DNA from: Podarcis melisellensis
Lineage: Eukaryota
Length of the DNA: 64,000 nucleotides
Assembly: GCA_964234715.1 (NCBI GenBank)
Contig: OZ174277.1
Reading direction: 5' to 3' (one strand)
In this document: positions 40,517 through 53,200 of the stretch, one piece after another
Numbering within the stretch: position 1 is the first letter of the stretch
How the letters are laid out: every line of letters starts with the position of its first letter
Translations under genes and position numbers: made by a program
The notes under the pieces: model-generated
Databases searched by the model: none
What the model saw: only the letters and a program-made list of their open reading frames with translations
Told to the model about the DNA's origin: nothing

Positions 40517-42394
40517 AGTACCAACCAACCCTGGAGTCCTATCACTTCTGACATTCCATCAGGCACTGCCTGCATCATTTCATTCAGAAGAGCTATTAAT
40601 ACAGGCTCAAACGTCTCAAGATGCTACATTTCCCCCCAATATCACATTTTGGCCTTTTGCATTCCTTTGCAAATGGCTGAATCAGTGATGGGAAGAGGCA
40701 GAAATGGCAGCTTGCATTGTCGCTCTGAAGAAATCTTGCACACAGCAGAGTGCTAGCAGATGGTTATAGCTATCCCAGTCCCATTGTAAGAAGAAGCAAG
40801 TGAAGCAGAACAGATGCTGGAGGTGATAATCTAGTGGAAGAAAGATTAAGCCTTTCATCCCAGGATAAAAATAGGTACACCATCAGCAGGGCTAAAGGAG
40901 GAGGGAAAAAACACTCACTCACTGCCTAGCTGGGCCGTTCACACCAAGACATCAAAGCCACACAAAGACTGCCTGAGACAGCCACGTGGTCTAGAGGGTT
41001 GTTGCACCTCTTGGAGCAACCACAAGCAAAGTGGGCATTTCAGCAGCCCAGAGTGTGAATGAGAGAGTTATAACGCTCCTGAGATTTAAGCAGGCAATGC
41101 CCATATTTTGAAACTTTTCTCTTGAAATATCTTACTGGCTAGAAATAGACTGAGGGGAGGAGGAATGCTTTTGACCCAGGGCATAACAAAGAAGTCAAAT
41201 GGATAAATCCATTTATCACCATTAGACAAAAATAAAACCTCTTTAAGTAGTGAAATGTGCTCGTTTGTGATCCAGACAAACTGCCAAAATGTTGTCCATT
41301 CCTCTTCAGTGCTATGTATGCTACGTTCTTTGGAATTATGGGGAAATAGCAACCTTTGTACACTTTCTTGAGACTACAGGTATGTGTACATGTATACTTG
41401 TATTTGAGGTAAAAGGCAAATGTAGGCAGCCATTCCTTACATTGCGGTGTACATTCATGTCACCGCAATTCAAACACTCCAAAAGGTCAGAGACCATACC
41501 ACATACAGCTCCCTGCATAATGCAGCAGCTGGTATATGTTGAAGGGTGAAATTCCAATTGGAGCATGCTATAAAATTTCTGGGTAAATATTTATGCTCAA
41601 GAAGGTTAAGAGACTTGGAGTGCTATAAGCTCCAGCCTTCTGGGTCGGCAAACTGCAATTTAAGTCTCCTTGCAGCGACCCGCCAATGACCTCTATCCCA
41701 AGTCTGGAGGCAGTTGTGATCACTTGAGGCGTTTTTAAAATATTTTTTTAAAAGAATGAATCATGGGCCTCCATAGAGCATTAAAACAGAACATAAAACA
41801 AATGAGATGTTATTAAAGTCCCACCACATACCACCGAATCTCTTGATCTTTAAAGTTGCTTAGTACTGTTTCCCTGCCGTCATATTGTCCACATGTTCTA
41901 AATCACCATGTGCAGAAAAGATGGCAGCAGAAAGTACTTAGGCAGGGAGAGCTTATTGCCTGTTTCTGCCAATTCTCTCCTTGCCACAAATGTGCAACCC
42001 AACATACAGAAGGATTTGGTGGTTCTCTTGCTGAAAGTTGCTACAGAAATGTTAAAATGGTATCAGGTGATGTTCTGCTTTGAGCACCGTGTGAGCTGAA
42101 TGGCAGATTTGGATCAAGGAGAATGAAATCACATATAGCTGTGGTACTTGCCTTAGGCCAGCCAATCCCCACCCTTCATCTAACCAACCTCATGGAGTTG
42201 TCATGACGATTCTGATTACTGAAAGATTAATTTCATACATTCTGGTTACTGGTACAGTCTTTGGTTCATTGACTGTCATGTCACCAAATGCAACCTGTGA
42301 TTCAGATGGTCATATATGGCCAACATCATTTATTTTTGTCCATGTGACTCCATATGGAGAGAAATGGCATGTGATATGAACTAATCCAGGGGTA

Positions 42395-42759
42395 AAAAGG
42401 TAAAGGTACCCCTGCCCGTACGGGCCAGTCGTGTCCGACTCTAGGGTTGCGTACTCATCTCGCTCTAGAGGCCATGAGCCGGCGCCCTCCGAAGACACTT
42501 CCGGGTCACGTGGCCAGCATGACGAAGCTGCAGCTGGCGAGCCAGCACCAGCGCAGCACACGGAAATGCCGTTTACCTTCCCGCTATAAAGCAGTACCTA
42601 TTTATCTACTTGCACTTGGACGTGCTTTCGAACTGCTAGGTGGGCAGGAGCTGGGACCGAACGACGGGAGCTCACCCCGCCGCGGGGATTCGAACCGCCG
42701 ACCATACGATCGGCAAGTCCTAGGCACTGAGGTTTTACCCATAGCGCCACCCGCGTCCC
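42395..42759 (-). mobile_element. Sauria SINE, full length
   Basis: Same head and tail as the 33015 copy; TSD AGGGGTA; CpG-rich, suggesting a young insertion. Confidence 0.9.
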
Positions 42760-43439
42760 AGGGGTAGAGAACCACATAACAGCGGCGGGAAGAGCCAGAT
42801 GCAAAAGTGGTCATAACAATGGATGTAACTTTTACCTTTGCACAGTAGGTTACATTACAGCTACACGAAAGCAGCCAGAGGTTTCCATGCAGACTCCCAT
42901 CTTTCTTACAGATAAGCAAGAGTTCAAGGACATGTTACACACTAAAAGGTGGTGTGGTTGTTATTGTTTTTGCTGACTACTATGTTATGTATTTTTGTGT
43001 TTTTATATTGTAAACTACCCTGTGATTCTTGGAAGAAGGGCAGGATAGAAATTTAAGCAAGCAAGCAAACAAAAAACATGACCTGGGAAACCTCCCAGAG
43101 GTCATACAGCGAGGTCTGGAGGGGCCCGAGTTTCCTCATCCCTGGACTAGCCTTGTGGCAATTTAGCAACAATGTCCTTATTATCCAAGATGTCACAGTA
43201 TCCTTAAATCAGATTAAGGAAATTAGACATGAGGAAATTACAGCCAATTTATTTTGTGACCAAAATATTTTTAAAAAATCACTTGAGACTCTGATATGTT
43301 GTAAAGCTCTGAGCAGGAATATTCTCTCTTCTGAAGCTGAATTTTAATTAAGTGTTTTCTCCTTAATAAAAATATCCAAGCAAATGTTTACTCCCCTGTG
43401 CTCACTGCTAAGGGAAATTACACAACAGATTTCCTTACT

Positions 43440-43710
43440 TGCGTTGGCAGTGAGCAGTGAAGTAACCAAGTTTGCTGATAATATCAATCTGTTTGGGGTG
43501 TTTAAAACAAAAAGAGATTGTGAGGAGCTCCAAAAGGCTATCTCCAACCTGGGTGAATTGTAATTAGAATGGCAGGTGTGATTCAGCATAAGCAATTGTC
43601 AAGTGTTGTACACAGGGACAAAAAATCCCAACTTCACATATATACATTTGGGGTCCAAACGGGAAGTGACTGAGCAGGAAAGAGATCTAGGGGTTGTAGC
43701 AGCTAGCCTG
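43440..43710 (+). mobile_element. Old CR1 RT fragment
   Basis: KFADNINLFG..DCEELQ..EVTEQERDLGVV with in-frame stops. Confidence 0.8.
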
Positions 43711-44110
43711 ATTGAATTCTTCATGGTAGATGCCACCCACTGTGCACCGCAATGTGTCTGGCATTCTCTTGTCGCTCTGCTCTGTTAGCTAGCAGCACTA
43801 AGTAACAGAGGTTTCAGCTGTGGTGGGTTCTGCCCTTGTTTTGCTATTCCAAAATGATTTGCCTTGTAAAACATTATCATCCCACTGCTCTCCCAAAAAG
43901 GAATGATAGACATGCTCAGCTACCCTTAGTGGTAGCTGTTTGTTAACTCATGCAATTATTCTTGGAACAAAGACACACTGCCAAGCAATTTTAGGGCTTG
44001 CCAATATGGAGTGCTTATTTTAACTGGCAGTTTTCAGCTTTATGACAACAAGATACATTTCAGTCTGAGGAACTCATTAATAATGCTTCAATCCACAGGA
44101 GTCGTGTTTC

Positions 44111-44268
44111 TTATTTGGACTTGCTCAGCGCTGGTTGGTTTCTTTTCTTTGCGTGCCCTCTCTGAACTTGCCGTGCGCGAGATCCGAACCCCAGGGTTTG
44201 CAGTGACTCTGTGATATACTTTTGGCTGGGGGAGACACACAGCACCACCAGCAACTTCGCATCGCCCC
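44111..44268 (-). CDS. KIF25: KIF25 terminal coding exon ([14 protein letters not shown]...[28 protein letters not shown])
   Basis: cttcttag| acceptor; TAA stop at 44113-44111. Confidence 0.92.
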
Positions 44269-47200
44269 CTAAGAAGAACAAACAAGACATACATATTCAC
44301 AGATTTTCCCCCCAATAAATTGCAAAGTGGGTCTTGTCCATTTCACAAGGCAAAGCATTTATTTAGGGTAGGGTTGGAAGGGCTAAATAAACACTAATTT
44401 TAAGTAAGCTGCTGTGCAAGGCCATAATCTAACTCTGGCATGATTATCTATGTGAATCTCAATGTAAGAAGTGCACCTACCCTTTTATTTTTATGTGTTT
44501 CTAGCTGGAAGATGACTGAAATGGCTAGCAGGCCAGCCACAATGGCATGCACAGAAAACGACTGCATTCGAGGAAGAAGATTCCAGGGGCAGAACAATAT
44601 TGGCGTATGCAGAAACAAAGGCAGCTCTTTCATATCTATATGACTGTATTTCTAGGTGTCTGCATCTGCAGGGGAGTGTTGGCAGAAGAGATAGTAAGAC
44701 AGTGAGAAAATTGTACACCTCCGAATCAGAGTGCAAAGATTAAAGGGGCCTCGTAATGGAAGCCATAGACCTAGTGGAAATTGCTGGGTTGTGTCTTTTA
44801 ATAAGGCTGGTCCCACAAATGGTGTGGGGAGGGGAAATAGCAGCTTAAGTATAAAGTTAAATAAAGAACTTTGCTGGATTTAAGGAACATGCCAAAGGCG
44901 ACACTCTTTCAAAAGTTTGAGTGAACCCAGGTTTCCTGATAATCACATTTTAAATTTGAGAGGACGCTTTTCATTGTGTTCTCACCTCATGAAATTATAA
45001 ATTTATTCATATTTTAACATTTTCCAGGAGCAGGATAGAAAAAACATGTATGCCTAGTAATGAAAGGTGGTTACACATGAACATCTCAGTTCACACAAGC
45101 ACTGTTTTGGGCTTGTTTCAACCTGAGTATAGTTACTTCAGTCCTTTTCTCAGTTCATACTATATTGTTTAATGTTTCTGAATGCAAAAATCAAGTTCTT
45201 TGGCCTAATTAAGGGCTTGTGCACAAGATAAAGAAACAGCCAAATAGAATATGCCTATGCTAATTTTTGGCATGTGTGGAGAGGCTTCCATGTCTTTAGT
45301 AGCTACCAAACAGGTAAACCTTCAACAGGTGCAGCTTTTCTCACCAATGCAATGCAATGGTGGACAAATCTTTACCTGTTGAATGAATGCTTGCTGCATA
45401 GCTGCCAAAGTTTGAAGAGTCATGCTTAAGCAGGGGGGAAAGCACACCCCAAAGCCAGAAGACTTCTGACTCAGCATCCTGTTTTATCACCATCTGGGTT
45501 TCTTGAATTTAAGATCAAAGTGAGAAATATCTCACACAGATGAATTTCAAACTGAATGGAAGGAAGGTTGAGCGCAGGAGTTATTAAAGCCAGCTTTCCT
45601 CACCTATGGAATCCTGAAGTAAATGGGTAAGTTTGCTGTTTCGATATGGCACATGAGAGCGCTGTTCTGATATGGCTCCAAGCACATCGGCCAAAGCAGA
45701 CAAGCTGCGGTTAATGAAGGATGTCTCTCTCAGGACTGACCCGGTCACACCAGACATGCCTAGTGCACAGGAAAAGAAAACAGAGCAGTGAGAACAAGCA
45801 CAACTCCATGCTTCCAGACACCTGGATATACAGTACACTTCTCATACAGAGGTTCTCATTACTTTTTGAAGTGATTCTACCAGGTCAACTTCATTTTATT
45901 TTAATACATTCACAAGGGGTGAAAGTTGGCATGGGACAACATGGGACAAACCCACTTAAAATAAAATAAAACAAAACCTGTTTCAGCTGAATTGACCTCT
46001 CCCTCCCACAACCTGAGGACCATTTTTCCTGAGGGGAAGAATTACAGATATGGAAAGAAAAGACAGACAAACTTGGAGAGCCGCTCACCATCTAGCTCAG
46101 ACTTCCTCAAACTCTGCCCTCTAGATGTTTTGAAACTACAATTCCCATCATCCCAACCACTGGTCCTGCTAGCTAGGGATCATGGGAGTTGTAGGCCAAA
46201 AAACATCTGGAGGGACGAGTTTGAGGAAGCCTGATCTAGCTTATAGTGTTTCTGCCGAGGTCTTTCCCTCCCCTAGTGAAGGAGATCTAGCTTTCAAAAA
46301 ATATACTACAAATTAATAAACTTCCCCTTCTTCTTTTTTAAAAAAGCTTTTGTAGTCATTGCATTTTTTTGGCTGTTTTATTATGAAGTTTTAATTAATA
46401 TTTTTAAATGCTTTTTTATACGTCGCCTTGTGACGTTCACCTGAAAAGCATCATGTATACATCTTAAATAAATAATAAACCAATGTTGACTCTGATAAGA
46501 CATATATACCAGTCTCACAAGTTGACGATGATGACACATTAAAATTAAATACAGTGATACCTCGGGTTACAGACACTTCAGGTTACAGACTCTTCAGGTT
46601 ACAGACTCCGCTAACCCTGAAATAGTACCTTGGGTTAAGAACTTTGCTTCAGGATGAGAACAGAAATCGTGCTCCGGTGGCGCGGCAGCAGCAGGAGGCC
46701 CCATTAGCTAAAGTGGTGCTTCAGGTTAAGAACAGTTTCAGGTTAAGAACGGACCTCCAGAACGAATTAAGTACTTAACCTGAGGTACCACTGTTGTCTA
46801 AATGGGAAAGCTGATCCAAGCAAAAAAATGTCTTCCAGAAATTGAGCAGAGTATAGGCTAAAATTCTAAACCCATTTACTTGGGAGTGAGTCCCATTGAA
46901 CACAGATGGATTTAATTTTGAATAAACATGCTTAGGATTGCAGTGTTAACCTATTTATTATGTAAAATATTAGTGGAAACAAATTGGCGATAATCACTGC
47001 TGTTCATTAATGATGCCGAGTGGTGCCACCTGGAGATCTGGTCTTTCACAAGAACAGACCAGCAAATGGCTGCCCTCAAGAAGCAGTGGAAACATCTCAG
47101 GATTGCTCAACTGTATATTGGCTAAAAAGGGGGGGGAGTAGAAGAAAGCTTTAACACCCACAACAAATCATATGTGTATCTTTTAATAGTTGTTGTTTTT

Positions 47201-50200
47201 TAATGTGACCAGTGAAAAGAACTCTTGGCAGCAACGCCAAGAGCTCTTTCATAACATAGGTTCAGTTTTCAAAACATTATTTCTGGAATGTTGCATTTGA
47301 CTGAGAGGCTTTTCTTGGTAAGGAAGCTTGTCCTTTAGGAAATAAATAATCAGGTTTCTGAAAGGACTGCGTTTGAAGAGGAAGAAAGCATGGGGGGAGG
47401 GAGGAGGGAGCCAAAGAAAACAGGAAATTGCTTACAGGATGCATCAACATCCCTCCTGGTATTGTTTTTCATAAGGAGGCTGAAGAAGCCACACTGAATT
47501 ATGTTGATCTGGACAAATATTTGATGTATTTAAATCATTTGTGAGCTTTAAATTGCAGGCATTCCTAGGTGGTTTAGCACCAGAAAGGTAATACCTATTA
47601 AGTAGCCTGAACAAACTTTGTGCCGAACTGTGACTGTGCATCAAGGTAGGAGAGGAACTGGGGAATTCAGGCCCCTCTTAACAGTTATGTCACTGAGTGC
47701 CCCCTTTGCTTATGCTCCAAGATCAGTGACAGTCAGGAGCCGGGCCTTAAATTTAGGCAAAACAACAGTTCAATGCAATACCGATCAAAAATTAAAATTA
47801 ATGGCTACTCTTTTTTAAACAACAACAACTGCTAAGGCCTTTTGGCACTACAACGTTTTTGAAAGATGCCTGAAAGTCAAAAGTGAGGGTGCCTGCAGAA
47901 TCTCTATCCAAAGAGTATATGGCGTGCATTATTGCTAATGGACAAAGTAAATGCCACTTTGCTCCAAAACTACCCAAGAAAGCTCATTGTATTGCAGGGG
48001 TTGGGAACTGAATCTGACTGTGGGCCAGATACTTAGCTGCCCCGAGGATCAAATCTGACAGGTGTGTGGTTGCACCCATCACCTGATGCCATAATGATAT
48101 CAGGTGACTGACACCTGTCAGTTGAACAATGCTAAGGGCAGCTTCTTCTGAATATGTGATTTCACTGCCAATTAGCTTATTGGTGTTGGGGGCAAAGCTT
48201 CAAAGACGCCTTGAAGTCCTTGGAGAGGGGAGAATCCATCCTAAAAATGGAGTATTTCCCCCTTTATGGTTTGAATACAAAACACTTCCTCTAGAGACGG
48301 AAGCTGCTACAAATTTTCATGCAACATGTCACTGGTATTTGGTAAATTACTAACTAAATACTCAATTTAGGAAGGGTGGGGAATATTTGGTACTAGGGCC
48401 TCTACCCAGAACAGCTTTTAAAGCTCAGGAAAGAGGGCATCAATGGATTCTAGGAAAAATGGAAGAGGGGGAGTTAAAAGGCAAATGGATGACTCTGGTG
48501 TGATATGGAATGCATCAAAACACAACGGTAATTTAGCAAGTTTAGGAGCCCCACTTGGGAGCTCTGGAGCTGTTCTTTGCAGGCCAAACTCTTTATGGAT
48601 CTCAAGTAACCAGCCCACACACAACAGGCACACGGGCCTGCCATTAACAGTTTAACCAGATCCATTTCAGATGTGGTCCTTGGAGCGGAACATGTTGTCC
48701 ACAGATTCTACATGCACTAGCTAAATTTACTCAATGCAAACCGATCCCAAGGTAGGTTTCCACCTTCACAAGTGTGAACATGTTTTGTCCCAAAGGCTAC
48801 TTTACCAGCACATTCACTGCCAGCCAAATCCACCAGCTGCAGTTTCGTTCTCATTCGCTTAAGTTTTTCTGTAGAGTCATTGAAAAACAGCGTCGGAGAA
48901 GAAGCTCTAGAAGGAAGGGAGGGCTTGTCATCTTTCACTGAGCAAGGAGAAGTGAGGAAATGTTTTCTACCCATCTTTGGACTTGAACGGTCACCTGCCC
49001 AGGGAGTTGCTGGGGGAAGGAAAGAAAAATAATGAGAAAAGTTTATTTCTGACCCTGCAGAAGCAAAGTAAGACATGCAGGAGGGGTGGGGAATCTGTTC
49101 AGTTCAGTTTCTGGGTTAGGACTAAGGGTGGATCCACTAATTATAACAGTTTATAATATTATTTTATTATAGTTCCATTTTTTGTGATGGAATTCTATAG
49201 AAATGAGCTGTCTAGGCCTTTGACTAGAAGAGGAGGGGTATAAATTTAATAAACCTAACTTAAAACTGGAAAAGCAGGAGTCATGAGATGTACACTATAC
49301 AATGTAGTGTATATCTAGGAAGGAGCACCCACATGTTAGTCCCAGAATTTCTCCTAGCCAGTGGCTCTCAGGTTTTTCTCCAGCTTGAATTTAAATAATA
49401 GGAAATGGTTGCAGCGAGTTTCAGCTTGGAATTCAATGTCAGCATTAAAGCAGACTAGCCAATTACATTTCTGATCTGATTGAAAGGCTAGATAGGAAGT
49501 AAAAGCAAAGCAAATACTTTGTATCGGTAGTGGCTTCCATGACAATCCTAGAGGTATTCTAGAAACAGGCAACTTACCCAAGTTATCCTCTGAGTCAGCC
49601 TTTGTGGTTACTGTCAAGGTTATCACAAGATGAGAACGAGAGGAATGAGCGTGGACAAGTGTCGGGTGTTTGACTCTCAGTTGTAAGCCCTTATTAACTA
49701 GTTCCAAAAACTCCACAGCATCTTCAACAGGCCTTACAAAATAAACATTTTTGCAGGATTTAAAAAAATGCTGCAATTTAAGCATGAGTACAGATCTGCT
49801 CACTTCCCCAGGGATCTCATATTGTCCTAAATATTGTTTCCATTTCCCCACCACCACCGAAAGCATCTGTACTAAAACTGCATGTTTTATATGGTGCATT
49901 TATAAAACAACTAAGTTATTAAGATACAGGGGTCAATTTTATACCCTGATGCTTTGATTTAAATTGTAACAATCATGGTCAATGATAAACAACATCTGGG
50001 TAACTATGAATAACATTTTGACAGTTTTAGGTGTCAATCTTGAATACTTTCACTGTCCATCAAGACACTATAGTTTTGTACAACTGTGATTTAGATTAAT
50101 AACAGTGGAACCATCTTTTGCAACGCAAATTCTGAGGACATTCCTTCAAGAGTATTCATTTAATTTAACCAAGAACAGGATGAGGAAATCCAGATCTGAG

Positions 50201-53200
50201 AAGCTCAAAAGGAAGAACATGCCACACAAAAAAACCATTTCTGAATCTAAGATGAATGAATGTATGCATTCAAAAGAAATCTCAGGATTTCTGTTCGTCC
50301 TGGGAACCTGGCACAGAGAGAGATTAAAGGTGAAACAGACGTCGCTAAACATGGAAAAACAATTGCACTGCATGGTTCATCTTGTTTCCTCCCTGCTTTG
50401 AGTTATGCACAGCACCTCCAACTGAAATGCAGGGTTTAACAGGAATTGTGAAACAACCTAATTATATGGAGACTGTCGGCTGTAAAAAAAAGATAATATT
50501 GTATGATGTGTTGCCAGCTACAAACTAGCATCTCAGTCTGGAGAGAGCATCACTCTTCTGTCATGGATGCCAACCCAAATAAAACTGGTCAGATTTTTCT
50601 CATCACTTTTTCTGACTTTGCCCTAGTTAGATTTGTTTTCTAAACTAATTTTTCCTAAGTACTAGTTACAGGTAGGTAGTTGTGTTGGTCTGCCATAGTC
50701 GAAACAAAATAAAAGAATTCCTTCCAGTAGCACCTTAGAGACCAACTAAGTTTGTTATTGGTATGAGTTTTCATGTGCATGGTATCTGGAGAAGTGTGCA
50801 TACACATGAAAGCTCATACGAATAACAAACTTAGTTGGTCTCTAAGGTGCTACTGGAAGGAATTCTTTTATTTTTGTTCCTATGTAGTGAGACTTAGCTA
50901 TTCATATGTCCCAAATATCATCCGAATACCTAATAATACCCAAGAAAGAAGAAATGTCATTGAGAAACTGACAGCACATCAACATTTAGAAAGAGGAATT
51001 CTATGTTTTTAACAGAATTTCAAGGGAAGGAAGATGGGAGGAAGACCCTCCTCTGAGGAAGTCAGTGTCCTATTTTCATTTCTGGAGGAGGAGGTACCTC
51101 CCCCCTCAACTCTCAGACACTTCAGTTTAAGGGTGCTGTATACAGTTGCCTGCATGCAAAGTCAGCAGCTTGAAGACAGCATGAAAAGCATCTGCCACAT
51201 GGGGTGGGAGACGGCTGCAAGTTTAGTTTCTGAGGAGTTACATTCTGGGTTCACATGGGAGTCAAATGGGACTCAATACCCATTGATTGGTATCACAGAT
51301 TGCTCAATCTATAAAAGAAAGAACTGGCTGTTATTTCAAAGGCAGCTCCCTTTCACCATGGTGGCAAATGTTCGCTCAGAGGGAACGTACTCAAAGGCTA
51401 AACGCAAAGAAAAGCAACCACTTGCTTTGCATACTCAAAAAAACCCAAACAGCACCTTTGGTTCCCACCGGATATCAACATGCTATTTCTATAATCAGGT
51501 TAGGAGAATGTAACCAATATGGTAGCCTATGTGGCGGAAGGTTTCAAGAACAAACTCCCAGCATGCAATGTCTCCGAAGGAAAAGCACAACCATTCTTCC
51601 TTGGCTATAGATGAAACACTACTCAAAACCCCCATAACTTACTTTCGACTCTTTAGAATAAGGGTGGCCAATCACCATGGTTCCCTTATTTTGTTTTGAT
51701 TTGTCTTTCATTTTCTAGCTTTTTTGTATAAATACTTAATATTATGTGTTTATTAATGTTTTCCCTATATGCATTGAATTTAAGACACATTTTTTATACA
51801 TCTAGCAGGATGGTGTATATATATAGAGAGAGAGAGAGAGTGTGTGTGTGTGTCTTGGACACATAAACGTTTCTATAAAAGGAGCTTTCTCTTCCCCGAA
51901 ATTTCTAAAAACTGCATAATAAAAAAACTGCAATAAAAGCAAAGCCTCCCAAACAATGGAAAGAAAAAGGGGATCTTATGCTTGCCAGTTTTCTACCACA
52001 TGACACATATTCCAGCTTGCAGCAGATTTCTCCCTCGCTAAATCGCAGGACAAGGATGACTCAAGAGTGATACTACAGGCCTCAAGATTTCAAATACAAG
52101 CCATAAATTTATTGGACAGAAAACATGGGCAATGAATTGTAGGAGGATCACAGAAGTTGAGTACTTTAGTTAATTGACCTATGGCTGTGTGGAACTGGGG
52201 TAGGTCAATTTGGTGAGAAAGATGATAAATAAGACTTTGGGAATCTATTACTTTGGTAAATTAGTTTTATCAAATGGCAACTGCCATCTTTCCTCATAAT
52301 ACACAAAATATAGGCTACAGTCACCGTATAGATTCTTTTAGTGAATTCTGTAGTCAGTGCTTAGCCACTGACCATGTTTGGATGACCATATCTTAGCTTA
52401 TTTAGCTGAGATATGCAAGAGGAGCTTTTGAACTATTCCCTTTGCCAGGAAGCAGATTAGATCAGAAAGTCTCTAATTAACCAGTTTCCTGTTTCATCTT
52501 AATTAGGAAATGATGGTTCCCAGCTTCAGAACAAACTAAAATATTAAGTCACAGCTTGAAGTTGGTATAATAGCCTGCCTTTTTCCAAAGTAGGTAGCCA
52601 TGCTTTGGTTGATTAAAGGGTTCTTGGTTTAAACATGGCTTGAGTGAAGGGGCTCCATGCATAACCAAAGGGTTGAGCAGATCTCAGTTTAATAAGCCAA
52701 AATATGATCATTCAAACCAAGTCAGACCCTTTCAGCCAATAAGAAATCAATGTAAGAGTTATCTCTTGGCAGAGCAAACCAAGAAGGAAAAATGTAACAT
52801 GTGACCAGGCACTAGAAATTATGGTATTAGTTGATGACAACAGCTATGCTTTCTCAATATTGTGATAACTTGGTCTGCTCAGCTGTTACCTTGGGGTCCC
52901 TTCCAAATCTACAAAGTTTGATTTCCTCTTTCTCCTTCCAAATAAATCATGAATTTATTGTTTTAAAATTGGTTTTTATTACACTGAATCCTAAACTTTT
53001 TGTCCTTAGGTATAAACATTATGAAGAAAATCCACTGAACCAGAATATTAGACTTCAGAAACGTTCAGATCCCTGATTGCAGAAAGAGCCATTAAAAAAA
53101 AATTCTCAGTGGTCCCCAATTTTCTGTGGGGTGATCAATTTATGCAGAATACAAAACCAAACGGAGGGAATTATGTCTGCTCAACCCTCCAGCACATTTG

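Noticed and set aside
22200-44000. Hidden neuropeptide gene (somatostatin, urotensin or natriuretic type) in the intergenic interval
   Set aside because: By eye, no CFWKYC, FFWKTF or intact CFGxxxDRI motif was found; the YWK and DRIS matches lack the required cysteine ring.
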